A stretch of 64,000 bases of DNA from an uncultured virus (IMG/VR IMGVR_UViG_3300031857_021139). Taxonomy: Duplodnaviria > Heunggongvirae > Uroviricota > Caudoviricetes. The position numbers and the translations under genes are program-made. This document shows positions 38,085 through 49,000 of this stretch, piece after piece. The notes below the pieces were generated by a model. It did no database searches. It was given only the letters and a program-made list of their open reading frames with translations, and had not been told where the DNA came from. Position 1 is the first letter of the stretch. Each line of letters opens with the position of its first letter. Location: the IMG/VR virus record IMGVR_UViG_3300031857_021139. One strand, 5' to 3'.

Positions 38085-38294
38085 TTATTCTTGTTGTCTT
38101 TGTAATTCTCGCATTTTTTGTCTCATCATTATGAGATCACTGGCCGACGGTCCTGTGTTTCGAGCCAGTTCTATGGCCTGTTGTTGCTCTTCTATATGAT
38201 ATTCTCGAGACATCATGTACACAAACACCGCTATGAATGCAATCTCCAAGAGATAGAAAACCATGAACGCCTGGAACAGCAGTGAGTATTCCAT
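38085..38294 (-). CDS. Small membrane protein
   Basis: Hydrophobic N-terminus; GGAGG SD. Confidence 0.55.
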   Translation of the reverse strand: MEYSLLFQAFMVFYLLEIAFIAVFVYMMSREYHIEEQQQAIELARNTGPSASDLIMMRQKMRELQRQQE

Positions 38295-38296
38295 GT

Positions 38297-39847
38297 CTAC
38301 CTCCCATACTGGCTGTCTACCATTTCGGCGTGCCGTTGGTCCGAAGCACCTGTGAGCCCGCGTAATAGTCTACGGTTGTCCACTGGCTGTTGGCCGCGAT
38401 ATATCTCATAGGGACGATATCCTGGTGCGTCGGGTAGTCGAGCCACACCGTAACTTTCAAAGCCGGGAACGAAGTTCATGGTGGCCACGATCAAAGCCTG
38501 ATTGGCCACTTGTTGTTCCAGGGTCTGGGCACGATCGGCATCCCGTATGGCTTCGCGGCCTCGGCCCACAGCGGCTTCTTGTGCTGCCGCTCGCATCTTG
38601 GCAGCAAGTTCTTTCCTACGCTCGCTGGCTTCTTCTTCGCGTTTCTTTTCTTCTTTGAGTGCGATCTCACGCTCGGCGTCAGTGGCTGCTCGCAGCCTGC
38701 GGCGTCGTTCTTCTTCGCTTTCTTCCTGTGCCTTGGTCTGTACCTGCAGGGTCACTGAGCCAGTGGGACTGGCTGTGCTTTCAATTTTTTTAGTCACCAC
38801 GGTATTGACCTCACTGTCAGGAACCACTGCCACTCCTGTGGTCACCGTGCCGTCGGTAGCAATGGTTATGGTAGGTTCTGTTGTGGAAACAGTGCCTGTG
38901 ACAGATACCGTGGTGGTGCTGGTGGAGGCAGTAGAAGCAGTGGCAGTGGACTGTGTGGATTGTTGTTGCAGGGCATAAGCAGTGTTGTATCCCGGACATG
39001 ATCGATCATACAAGGGATTGGCTGTGCATTGTTGATTGAAATAGGCCTGTTGATATCCAGGGCAGGTAGCATTGTACAATGGATTTGCTGTGCATTGTTG
39101 CGTAAAAAGTGCGGTTGCATACCCTGGACAGGAAGGATCTGTCAATGGATTGGCTGTGCATTGTTGTGTCAACAAGGCCTGTGCATAGCCCGAACAAGTG
39201 GGATCGCTCAAGGGATTGGTGGCACACTGATCCACCCCATACAGCAGCCGCACATTGGTGTCTCGCACCCTCGGTCCATACAGTCCCATCCAGAACAAAC
39301 TGTCTTGTCCAGTCCATGACATATCCAGACTGCTTACTTGTCCAGTGGTGTAGCCACCGCTTTGGGAAAAAAGTTGCCGACCAGAATAGGTGACGAAAAT
39401 ACCAGCAGGTTGGCCACCGGCTGCATATGAATAGGAAAATGTTTCCAATACCGATTTGTTCTGCATGAGACTGATGTTTGCTGACAGCGGGCCAGCGGCC
39501 TGGCCACCGTTCATGATCGACCAGGCATAGTCATAGCCCAGCCACTTGATGCCGTTACCGGCCAAAGCATTGGTAATGGCAATGCTCTGTGCCACTGTGC
39601 TAGGCATATATGAAAATCTGATGGTGTTGGTATCTTGATTGTAGTAGGCCGAACCCGTGGTAGGTCCAGCACCTTCTATGGCACCGATACCTGCAGAGTT
39701 CATGACTTGGTTATTGGGTATGCCCCAGGCCGTGCCAGCAGGGTTGATGAGATTGGTCGTGGCTGTCTGGCCATAGGCCGGATAACTCAACCAGAACCCA
39801 AAGGTCAATAGGGCCCAGTAGATCCAGAAACGAAGCCAGATGTTCAT
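38297..39847 (-). CDS. Exported protein with tandem Cys repeats, a Thr-rich linker and a coiled coil
   Basis: Signal peptide ending AYG; four CxxNPLxxxxCxGY repeats. Confidence 0.75.
   Translation of the reverse strand: MNIWLRFWIYWALLTFGFWLSYPAYGQTATTNLINPAGTAWGIPNNQVMNSAGIGAIEGAGPTTGSAYYNQDTNTIRFSYMPSTVAQSIAITNALAGNGIKWLGYDYAWSIMNGGQAAGPLSANISLMQNKSVLETFSYSYAAGGQPAGIFVTYSGRQLFSQSGGYTTGQVSSLDMSWTGQDSLFWMGLYGPRVRDTNVRLLYGVDQCATNPLSDPTCSGYAQALLTQQCTANPLTDPSCPGYATALFTQQCTANPLYNATCPGYQQAYFNQQCTANPLYDRSCPGYNTAYALQQQSTQSTATASTASTSTTTVSVTGTVSTTEPTITIATDGTVTTGVAVVPDSEVNTVVTKKIESTASPTGSVTLQVQTKAQEESEEERRRRLRAATDAEREIALKEEKKREEEASERRKELAAKMRAAAQEAAVGRGREAIRDADRAQTLEQQVANQALIVATMNFVPGFESYGVARLPDAPGYRPYEIYRGQQPVDNRRLLRGLTGASDQRHAEMVDSQYGR
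38975..39232 (-). repeat. Four tandem 66-nt (22-aa) Cys repeats
   Basis: QCATNPLSDPTCSGY, QCTANPLTDPSCPGY, QCTANPLYNATCPGY and QCTANPLYDRSCPGY. Confidence 0.9.
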
Positions 39848-40410
39848 TACTTACAGCCCAGGCGTTTCCGCACCAGGTCGTCATCGCCTGCATAGGATTC
39901 ACAGGTCCACTTGTCCTTTTTGTCTGTCTGTGCCACAGGGCGTGTTTCGGGCTTTTTGGGATTGCGACGCTCTTCCCATATGACCTTGGCTTCGGCACCG
40001 ATCTTGCCTTCTACGGGACAGGGTGTACCAGCATTCATCATGGCTTCGAACACACGCTCGTCACCACATAGTGTGGCCACGGCTGCTACCTTCATGCCCA
40101 TGTCGTAGAGACTCTTAGACAGTTTTAATCGTTCGCAGTTCTTGTCTGTAAATGTTGACCCAATGGCTATGCCAAGGATCTGTGTTTGTGCCGCTCCTGA
40201 CACGCCCACCGCACACAGATCTGAGTTCATTGAACTGATAGCAGGTGCCACGGCCGTGGGAGGTGGAGACTTCACAGTGGTCTCACTTTTTCCATTGGTT
40301 GTGCTTGTCGATGTGCTGGTGCTTTGCGTTATAATCGGATCGGTCTGTGCCATGGCAACAGACGCGAAGATAGATATCGTTACGCCCGCCCAGAATTTTT
40401 TTATAGTCAT
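39847..40410 (-). CDS. Exported Cys-containing protein
   Basis: Signal peptide ending AMA; SPPPTAVAP, DLC, NCERLK and GTPCP. Confidence 0.7.
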   Translation of the reverse strand: MTIKKFWAGVTISIFASVAMAQTDPIITQSTSTSTSTTNGKSETTVKSPPPTAVAPAISSMNSDLCAVGVSGAAQTQILGIAIGSTFTDKNCERLKLSKSLYDMGMKVAAVATLCGDERVFEAMMNAGTPCPVEGKIGAEAKVIWEERRNPKKPETRPVAQTDKKDKWTCESYAGDDDLVRKRLGCK

Positions 40411-40480
40411 AGTTGTCTAGCTCCTAAGGCGACTTATTATTTACAGTCAGCCAGGGGTAGACAAATGCGAGTAGTTTATT

Positions 40481-40726
40481 TTATGGCAGCGGCACTGACT
40501 TCAAAGCGTTGATGATATTGTTGAAAGCTATCTGTTGATCCAGTTCATCTGCACTCAGTTGTATTTGGTCCAGCCGTTGCAGATCTGTCATCAGTGCTTG
40601 ATATTCGTCAGCACTCATCTCACCGGCTTCGGCTGCAGCCTTGTAGGACAAAGCCTGTTGCATGCGCTGTGACAGTGCTGTATTTTGTTGCAAGAAGTTG
40701 TGTATTACCGTGTCTATGTTCATCAT
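40481..40726 (-). CDS. Hypothetical protein
   Basis: Coupled to the upstream lipoprotein gene. Confidence 0.6.
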   Translation of the reverse strand: MMNIDTVIHNFLQQNTALSQRMQQALSYKAAAEAGEMSADEYQALMTDLQRLDQIQLSADELDQQIAFNNIINALKSVPLP

Positions 40727-41145
40727 GATCTGGGTCTCCGGGCCGAAACTTTCATTATGGTATCCGTGGCAAGACGGATGTTTTCAAACTTGTTCTTGCA
40801 GTAGAATACGCTCACTGTGGCAGTGCTCTCGTACCTGTCTGCGAGTTCCTTGGTGATCTGCATGAGTTCCAATTCCATCTTGGTCATCTTTTCGTTGTCC
40901 GATAGATGCTGTCCATAGTGCCAGACCCAACGAGCGTCCTGATACATCTGTTGTGCCACAGGTGCGGCTGCTTCTCTCCGATTGCATACGGAATCATCGA
41001 TGGCAGCCACGTGTATGTTGACTATGCGAGCATGTTCATTGGCATCAAACATAGATGGAAACAGGGCACAACCTGTAAGCAGTATAGCTAACAAAAATGC
41101 GATACCGGTGTAACCGACTATACGTCTCTGGTTGTAAGGTGACAT
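40723..41145 (-). CDS. Lipoprotein
   Basis: Lipobox LLTGC; AGGAG SD. Confidence 0.7.
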   Translation of the reverse strand: MSPYNQRRIVGYTGIAFLLAILLTGCALFPSMFDANEHARIVNIHVAAIDDSVCNRREAAAPVAQQMYQDARWVWHYGQHLSDNEKMTKMELELMQITKELADRYESTATVSVFYCKNKFENIRLATDTIMKVSARRPRS

Positions 41146-41165
41146 GGCGTGATCTCCTGCTGATT

Positions 41166-41744
41166 TTATATAGTTATGCCTTGCCCTATTCCTTTGAGGC
41201 TGACTTCTCTGATGCGTAAATTACGACTTTCGGTAAGTCTGATTATGTCCAACATGGTTTCGCACCAGGTGTCTACATGTGCGCAAGTGGTTTGTGGGTT
41301 GGTGCAACCCGGTGTGTCAACGGGCCCAGGGCGCATCACCACGATATCCGGCCAGGCTGATTTGGCCTGTAATTCAAAACAAGCGTCTTCCAATGAAATT
41401 TTTTGATTACGATATCTGCTGGCCTGCACGGACGATGCATCATCTCTATTGTTTTGGGTGCTATATAGTGTCATCATACTGCTCATACACCAGATATGTT
41501 TGTTAGGCAAAGTTCGCCAGTGATCCCAAACTGCATACAACAAATCAGTCTGATTGAAATCTTGTTGTGCATTGTTTATAAAAATATCGCAGTCTAAGAT
41601 CAAAGGTAATATTTTATCAATCTGACTGATGTCGCCGCCATTGGTCCTGCTGAGGCCAATCACGCTGTGTCCTTTGGCAGACAGTGCCTGTGTCAACCCA
41701 CGTCCAATGCCCGATGTGTGACCAGTGATGGCTATTTTTTTCAT
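41166..41744 (-). CDS. Short-chain dehydrogenase/reductase
   Basis: ITGHTSGIG, FINNA and YRNQK motifs. Confidence 0.8.
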   Translation of the reverse strand: MKKIAITGHTSGIGRGLTQALSAKGHSVIGLSRTNGGDISQIDKILPLILDCDIFINNAQQDFNQTDLLYAVWDHWRTLPNKHIWCMSSMMTLYSTQNNRDDASSVQASRYRNQKISLEDACFELQAKSAWPDIVVMRPGPVDTPGCTNPQTTCAHVDTWCETMLDIIRLTESRNLRIREVSLKGIGQGITI

Positions 41745-41792
41745 CTTTGACCCTGTTGAATATATGTGTTTATCAGGATAGCAAACAGCAGG

Positions 41793-42503
41793 TTAATTTG
41801 TTTGGTTTTTTTGATACCAGCGATCTACCACATCAAAGGCTGGTCGGAAGAATATGGCTATGGGAAAACCTTGATCACGTCGTATCATGCCCACTCGTGT
41901 CTTACCTTGAGGCGCATCAGTTTTCTGGTCTCGGCCCACACGTTGCAACCAAGCATCAGGGCGTATGCGTACCAACCAGGTGTAAGGATGCTGGCTGGCA
42001 AACAGATCACCACCCTGTAGATAAGTGCGCAGAGGATAAAACCACAGTGCGGGTCGACCTCCCGGACGTGGCAGTGACAACGGATCAAAGTCAGGATCGT
42101 CGATGTCAGGAGTGCGACCAAAGTGTTGTCTTGCTGAAAATCCCACCTTGTCTTGATCCGTGAAGCGCACGAAATATTCGTCCGGTGATCCCGGCAATAT
42201 GGTGGCCATGTTTTCGATCTCAGTGCGGGCATCAGCGTGCCGGGCTTCGTGTAACTTGGAGTCTATGGTCAAAGGACGGAGATATCCAGCACTGCCAGGA
42301 TCATATTCATAGCCAAGATCATTGAGTTCTTGCATCATGGCCTGTGTTTCGGCTCTGAGACGCTGGAAAAGTTGATCATTACCATACTGCCGCATATGGA
42401 CATTGAGATCTAACACATGATCGTGTATGTCGCCGGCAATGGATCTCGCAGTGTTGATGTTCACACCGGGCTTGGCTTCGATTACAAACTCTTGTGCTCT
42501 CAT
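41793..42503 (-). CDS. Putative internal head protein (MRAQEFVIE start), two modules
   Basis: CTS-like N-terminus; LHE linker. Confidence 0.7.
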   Translation of the reverse strand: MRAQEFVIEAKPGVNINTARSIAGDIHDHVLDLNVHMRQYGNDQLFQRLRAETQAMMQELNDLGYEYDPGSAGYLRPLTIDSKLHEARHADARTEIENMATILPGSPDEYFVRFTDQDKVGFSARQHFGRTPDIDDPDFDPLSLPRPGGRPALWFYPLRTYLQGGDLFASQHPYTWLVRIRPDAWLQRVGRDQKTDAPQGKTRVGMIRRDQGFPIAIFFRPAFDVVDRWYQKNQTN

Positions 42504-43081
42504 TTTTTCGTGGCCGCCAATCTTATGTTGCGTGCGATATACCGACTTTCGCGGTTTCGTGCGGCATCTGCGGGCACAGCATACATCTCTGCATCTCGTG
42601 CGCCAAAGTTTAAGATTTCACCAGTTTGCGTGTCATATCCATAGACTTCGATGTCAGGGTAACCTTCCAACTGCTGCCACACACGCTGACCACCGGGACT
42701 CTGATTGCGATCTGATATCAAGGTCAGGCCTTGATCCAAGATGAGACCACGATAGAACTTGGCGGCACGCACGGGATTGCCCGGTGCCGCATAGAGCCCG
42801 GCCACGATCAGTGAGTTGGGGTTGCCTTTATATCGGCTGCCAAAGGCCACCACGATCACGGTACGGCTTTTGGGATCAAACAGTTGGTAACTGACCTGTC
42901 CACCCAGATAGTCTCGATACAAAGGGTAACCTGCGATCTTGCCCACTTGTTGACCGAGATATCGCGTTTCTTCGTTGGGACGTATGGCTTGGCCGCGCTT
43001 GGGCAACATGCTGGGCTGATCGCCTTTGCCTTTGACTTTGTTGAGTATCTTCACTTCGGATATAAAATCTTTTGCTCTCAT
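42500..43081 (-). CDS. Putative internal head protein with a GNAT-like fold (MRAKDFISE start)
   Basis: AAKFY...LISDRNQSPGGQRVWQQL resembles the C-terminal motif of divergent GNATs. Confidence 0.6.
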   Translation of the reverse strand: MRAKDFISEVKILNKVKGKGDQPSMLPKRGQAIRPNEETRYLGQQVGKIAGYPLYRDYLGGQVSYQLFDPKSRTVIVVAFGSRYKGNPNSLIVAGLYAAPGNPVRAAKFYRGLILDQGLTLISDRNQSPGGQRVWQQLEGYPDIEVYGYDTQTGEILNFGARDAEMYAVPADAARNRESRYIARNIRLAATKK

Positions 43082-43656
43082 AGGCTGTAGGGATCCACTA
43101 TAACAAGATGGCCATTATTCCTACGGCCAAGATTTTCTACGGCTGACAAGTCCAAAGGTGCCTGTCCGCCCAAGACCTGTATCATGTCTTCGGTGGCTTG
43201 TATCAGTCCAAATATTTCTTCCTCGTTCATCTCTGCAGGCACAGGATTACGTTGTAAAAACTGCTCGCCCTGTTCGCGGTCTACAGCACTCATTAGTTTT
43301 TCTATGTAGTCCAGGGTTGCTTCTTCGTTGGCCACATAGTTTACTCGTTCCATTTCATACACAAAGTAAGTTTCACCATCTACGGTGAAATTGCCCGAGT
43401 TGTAGATCCTGGGATAGTAGGGATTCCGTTGATTCTTTTCAAAGAAGCGAACATAGTTCTTGACTATGTCTTCACGTTCCATATCTCCTGTGCCCAGCAC
43501 TTTGACGATGGTTCCTCTAGGACTTTCAAAAGCCATCTGATCACGTCCTTCGCCGGCCAAGTCATAGCCACGCTGGTAGAAATAGTTTTGGATCCTATCG
43601 CTGACTGTGAGTTCGTCAGGATAGTTGACTTCGGAGATAAAATCCTGGGCTCTCAT
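43078..43656 (-). CDS. Protein-kinase-like putative internal head protein (MRAQDFISE start)
   Basis: Gly loop LAGEGRD, IVKV lysine, YEMERV hinge, DLSAVEN and VIVDP. Confidence 0.65.
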   Translation of the reverse strand: MRAQDFISEVNYPDELTVSDRIQNYFYQRGYDLAGEGRDQMAFESPRGTIVKVLGTGDMEREDIVKNYVRFFEKNQRNPYYPRIYNSGNFTVDGETYFVYEMERVNYVANEEATLDYIEKLMSAVDREQGEQFLQRNPVPAEMNEEEIFGLIQATEDMIQVLGGQAPLDLSAVENLGRRNNGHLVIVDPYSL

Positions 43657-44001
43657 TCATTCATCCAGACCATGCTGTCGCATGAATGAGTCATATCGGT
43701 CAGTGTGTCGCCGGATGATGTCGTAAAGCCCTTGCGTCACTCGGAGATCCTGGCGAGGCAGAGGCTCTCCCACTTTGATGCGATTTAGGAACTTTTCCAG
43801 CAACTCTTTGCCGGCCTGCAATGCTTCGTGATCGGTTTGACCACGCACTGCGGGCACCAAGCGTTCCACGGCCGCACGATCTGCGGGTGAAAATATCTGT
43901 GCCCGGGCACTGTCAGCAGGCAAGGTGACCACGGGACTCTTCTGTGCCAGGAAACTGGCAAGGTCTTTGTTTTCGGTCATGATGAATTCCAAGGCTCTCA
44001 T
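43657..44001 (-). CDS. Putative internal head protein (MRALEFIMTE start)
   Basis: True start is ATG 44001 (TAATG overlap). Confidence 0.65.
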   Translation of the reverse strand: MRALEFIMTENKDLASFLAQKSPVVTLPADSARAQIFSPADRAAVERLVPAVRGQTDHEALQAGKELLEKFLNRIKVGEPLPRQDLRVTQGLYDIIRRHTDRYDSFMRQHGLDE

Positions 44002-45125
44002 TATACGTACCTTGCAAGGGTGTCGGGTCCCAAATCTCGTATGCGATTGGGAGGAATTCGCACAGTTGAAAAGTGCCAACCATATTGGTATTCCAGTGGA
44101 AGCCCAGTGATATCAACTTGCAACAAGGTCAACTCTTCATCCGAGTCGTAGGCTTTGGCTCCTATCCAACCGGCCACTTGATATATTTCGTCACGCAACT
44201 TCTTTTGATTGCCCTCGTCTACTACTAAGAATGCTTTGCCATCGCGGGGGTCCAATCCTTTGTACATGATTTCTTCTGCGTTTTCAAGGCCAGTGATATG
44301 ATATGCTGTCGTTGGTGTTGATGGTTGTTCAGATTCGACCATCTGAGATTCCATCATCTCTGCACCCACACGATCGGCAATCACACTCCATGCTTCCGCA
44401 TTGGCATTGTCGTTGACGACTAATTCTCTATTTTGTGTTTTGTACAGTCTTTCACCGGCTGCAAACAAAGATTTAATCACAGCAGTGGCAGCACCTTTGT
44501 ACTGACCGGCTGTGGCATCTTCTATCACAACAATCATCGACTCGCCTTCGGCATAGGCATTGAGTGTGAGATAAAATGCTCCACGCACAGTATCACTGCC
44601 AGCAAACGCACTGGCTGCACCTTGTTGTCCTTTGGCTGTGGTCAATCCCACACCTTCTACCACCGACCGACCATACAGTTTGACATCTGGGTATAGTTGG
44701 GCAAACGCATCTTGTGCTACTGCTATGATCTGCTGTGCTGGCATTTGTTCAAAGTCCACTGACTCAACGATATCTGCTTCGGGATCTCTGTTTCTCCAAA
44801 ATGCTTTGCCCGGATCAGTGAGTGCGTGGCTGGGTTCTATATCGTTGCCCAGTTCTTCAGCAAAATCGTACATCATTCGAGCAATGCCTCGACGACGGTA
44901 TTCTGGTTTTACTTCGGCTGTGCTGGCTTGTAAATGATCACCAAGGTTTATAAATGACACACTGCCAACTTCTTGGTCATCAATTGAAGCTGAAATTTCT
45001 AATCTACCTGCTTCTTCGATCCAGGCTCGTAATTTTATACCATTGCGTTCTTCGGAGTAGTTGAAACTGCGATCATACTCCAGTTCGGGCATTGTGTCTT
45101 CGAGGATAAACTCTTGTGCTCGCAT
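44001..45125 (-). CDS. Polyprotein: GNAT, GNAT-like and ART/Tpt1-like modules (MRAQEFILE start)
   Basis: EVKPEYRRRGIARMMY; GQYKGAA...AEAW; AYHIT..IMYKGLDP..LLQVD..IPPNRI; linkers IVE, MME and MVE. Confidence 0.7.
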   Translation of the reverse strand: MRAQEFILEDTMPELEYDRSFNYSEERNGIKLRAWIEEAGRLEISASIDDQEVGSVSFINLGDHLQASTAEVKPEYRRRGIARMMYDFAEELGNDIEPSHALTDPGKAFWRNRDPEADIVESVDFEQMPAQQIIAVAQDAFAQLYPDVKLYGRSVVEGVGLTTAKGQQGAASAFAGSDTVRGAFYLTLNAYAEGESMIVVIEDATAGQYKGAATAVIKSLFAAGERLYKTQNRELVVNDNANAEAWSVIADRVGAEMMESQMVESEQPSTPTTAYHITGLENAEEIMYKGLDPRDGKAFLVVDEGNQKKLRDEIYQVAGWIGAKAYDSDEELTLLQVDITGLPLEYQYGWHFSTVRIPPNRIRDLGPDTLARYV

Positions 45126-45131
45126 GTTATT

Positions 45132-46016
45132 TTATATCTTAGGTGGCATTACAGCACCGGCATGCGGATGTCCAGCTGGGTAACGCGGACTGTGGGTATC
45201 GCCTTGCCACTGGCCGTTGCCTGGCTTTGGCGGACGATAAGTATCACCAACATTGTATGTATTATCATGATCAGTTGGATACCATACAAACACTATCTCA
45301 TGCTGACTATTGGTTACCAGTGCATAAGTGTGTGCTTTTTGTTGCATTACTGCACGTTTACCAGCGTTCTTAGCACCCTTGAGTGTGTGTGCCGCAAATT
45401 GTCCTGCTCGAACTACGTCAGTATAAATGGTATAAGGATCACCCTCGTCAGGTTCAGGTCTTTCAGGCTGTGGCTCAGGAGGCTTTGCAGCCGCATACAA
45501 CGCCATCATATTTTCTAGGCGGCGAATTTCAGCAACTATTTTAGCACGTTCTTCGTATTTTAATCCTGCCATACGTCGTAATTCTCGAGTTAATAATTGA
45601 ATTTTACGGAGAGCAACATTTGGATTAAAATCTGCGGGCACTTCAGGAAGCACATCCCCAACGTTAGATCCAACTTGACTGGCAACTGGATACCAGTCAT
45701 CACCGGTGGCTTCTTTGGTTAATTGAGATCCTGCGTTACCAAATTTAGACAAATCTTGGCTGTCTTGGAGCCACTGATCCCACTTTTGTAGTTCGGCCAT
45801 GACCTGTTTGTATGCTGTGCTGTTAGGATCAATACGCCCGCGGCTTTGTGCCTGCTTGACTGCATTGGTCAGTTCTTGCACACGCTTCATTACATCCTGG
45901 AGACGATAGTTTCCATTGACCTTGGGTAGATTTGGACCAGAGACATATTGTATAACTCTGTCAAATACACCAGCTGGTACTTGTGGGGCTTCTTTTATGA
46001 TTTGTTTTATTTTCAT
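45132..46016 (-). CDS. Modular hypothetical protein (MKIKQIIKE start)
   Basis: CTS-like start; LTKE linker. Confidence 0.65.
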   Translation of the reverse strand: MKIKQIIKEAPQVPAGVFDRVIQYVSGPNLPKVNGNYRLQDVMKRVQELTNAVKQAQSRGRIDPNSTAYKQVMAELQKWDQWLQDSQDLSKFGNAGSQLTKEATGDDWYPVASQVGSNVGDVLPEVPADFNPNVALRKIQLLTRELRRMAGLKYEERAKIVAEIRRLENMMALYAAAKPPEPQPERPEPDEGDPYTIYTDVVRAGQFAAHTLKGAKNAGKRAVMQQKAHTYALVTNSQHEIVFVWYPTDHDNTYNVGDTYRPPKPGNGQWQGDTHSPRYPAGHPHAGAVMPPKI

Positions 46017-46026
46017 TTCAAATTCC

Positions 46027-49000
46027 TTATCTCATCTCCGGCACTACTTCCAAAGGATCATCGATCCGCGACTGCTGTGCCCAACGCTGTGCCACTCTGT
46101 TGGCATCGGCTTGGCTGTTGCCTATGCCACCAAATGTGTGTAGAACTTCATTGGTGTTGGCATTGCGTATCTGCCACCGACCAGAGAATTCCTGTTGTGT
46201 TGATGCAGGAATAAATTCGCGCATGCGTCGCCAGGCTGGAGGTTCTTGTGGATTGGCTTCGATGCTGACGATGTCGCGACGTTGTGCCTGGAGAGCCGAA
46301 CGCACACGATCCATGGCAGCATTGGCATTCTCAGCATCTACGTTGAGGCTGTCTTGAACTTCTTGACCGTTGCGACGTTCACGCCAGATCACTCGGTAGT
46401 ATCCGGTGTCTCTCACAGCACCGGCTGGTTGCGGCTCGCCTATGCGTGCTTGTAAATCTTTGGAATCTTGTGCATTGTCTGCAGCCACTTCTGGACTTAC
46501 TTTGGGTTCTTTTAATCGTTTGGCCACCTGCGCTCTTGGGCTCAGTTTGTTTTTTGGTTCTGGAGTCTCGTCGGGTCTACGGAATACTTTCCAGTCATCC
46601 GACAATCGATCTCCATATTCTGCTTGGACTTTTTGTGTGGCTTGATCAATATCTCGAGCTCGCACAGTTAAAAAGACATCGCCATAACTGTCTTTGACAT
46701 CAAACCATGGCTGTTTGATACGGACTTCAAGTTCGTTGATGTCCTTGCCGTATTGTCTCAAGAACAGATCGTAGGCACTGTCATAGTCCGTGGCATAGAA
46801 TGTGCCAACAATTCCATCGGGACTGTCTTTGTTGTCTCGACGGTAGACTTCGTATTCTTCTTTACCTGTGGTAGGAATTTCTTTCTGTAGTACAGCATCA
46901 GCCCACTGTTTTTTCAACTGTTCTGGTGAAATGGTTCCTGCGGCATATTCAGAGAACAGTTTCAATCCATCATCCTGAGCTCCTGGGCTGATCAATTTGT
47001 ATAATTTTTTAGCATACTCTCGTCGCTCCAAAGAAGGACTACCAGCGATCTGCATGGCTCGAGCAAAGCGCAACATGGTATTTTTTATGTCGTCATATTC
47101 GCCACGGCTTTCCATGCTGAGATAATCACCACCAGGACTGCGGAATTCAATATAGCCATCTTTGATGTGTGCCGAAGTGTATTTGCTGAGACCTACACCA
47201 TCCTGCACGTAACGAGCAGCCAACTCAATGAGATTCTTTTGAACCAGTTCCAAGGCACCCAAGGGGTCTAATTTGGCTTCTGTTAGTTCGCCACGATTAC
47301 GGGCTCCGGCCATGTTCTGGCGCAGTTTGCTCATAGCCGAGGCCGCATAGGTATTTGATGCACGACCAAACTTGTCCAGGATGTATTCGTCGCCCATGAA
47401 CAACACCAGTTTCACGTAGTCAACATCACCACCCACATAGGGTATGCTTATGCCCATGTGTAGACCAGTTGATGAGTTAGTGTAAGCATCGGCTTCGTTG
47501 TTACCCCACTCAATCACTGCTTTCAATTTGTCCAAAGTCTCTGGCAATGGCATGGGCGGAGATACGATTTCTAATCCCATGTCTTCGTAATCGTCGGGGT
47601 CCAGGCTGCCATCAGGTTCGATGATCCAACGATCATCTCGGCGGGTGGCAGAATGATATCCAGAACTGACCTTGACAGGCATATCCACTGCGCTTTGCAA
47701 GCTGCTGCCAATGTCTTCCCAGTCGCGTTCGCCGCCACCTTGACTACTGCCGGTGTAGTAAGGCCAATCCAGACCAAATTCGTTGGCGATGTCGCTCATC
47801 CAGCGCAGACCCACATCCGAAAAGAAAGAATCATCATCACCTGACCAGTTGTCGCGGAAATTGTCCAAGGCAGTGTCATAATAGCCATCTTGCCTGCGTA
47901 TGCTGTCTTCCACTTGCTCTTGTAATTCTGTGTCTACAGCATCAGCGGCCTCCAGATATTGTTCGTAGTCTGAGTTTTCAGCCGCGTAGGCTTCTTGATC
48001 CGAATTTTTTGTAAAACTCGGCGCCTTCGAACCAGCGGCTATGATCCTGTCTGCTTCTTCGTCGGACTTCTGTAGGGCGTCTGTGAGGTATACATAGATG
48101 CGGTCGCTGAGGGGTGTGTCATCTAACAACACTTCGCGTACGAGATCTTCGGCTTCGTTGCCAAAATCGTCTATGATCTGACTGTCACGCCATTCCATGT
48201 AGGTTTCATCTAGTCTTTCTTCCAGACGATCTTGTTGGCGTTGTGTCATGCCATAACCATAGTCGTCATTGGCAAAGAAATCTACTACCTGTGCCACGCT
48301 AAAAGCACGCTCATCTGCGTCATAGTCGGGCTCCATTTCCTCGTCATCATCATCACGCTTGGTATTGCGGAAGATCATTTCCGCTTCGAAACCGGCACGG
48401 ATACCCTGGGCTTCGGGCGATCGCGCCCAGTCTTCCAGAGACGTGGGATTCATCTTGACTTCTAATAGATCCTCTTCCTCATCGATCTCCACACAGTTGG
48501 GCACCATCCTATTGCCCTTCCGCTTCATGCCTTGCTGTTGATAACCGTCCCAGCATTTCTCATCCAGTTTCACTGCTTCCAGGAGATTGTTTAATTTTTT
48601 CATCAACAGTTGCGGACGACCTTGGCTGTCGGTTTTCAGTCCCAGTTTGTTGGCTTCCTTGCCTGTCTGGCCAGGTTGCACATCCACAGTCAGTGCCATC
48701 TTGAAACGCGGATCATTCTTTTGTTTTTCTGTTGGGATGTAGCCCGATGCCTCGGCCACTTGCTTTCTCATCTGCTGTGCCAGTCTATAGGTCTTGATGA
48801 ATTCTTGTTCTTGTCGAGTCATGGGCCGCCCAAGATTGGCCTTCATATGCAAGAACTTGTAGTAATCATCGTGTGCTTTTTGGTTCTTGGCCACGGGAGT
48901 TTGTATGGACTCTTTCCGCATGTCCGACTGTGCTTCTCGGCGCCATTGATCAACCAGTTCCGGTGATGGCGATGGTTTGGCACCCTGCCGTCCATTGCGT

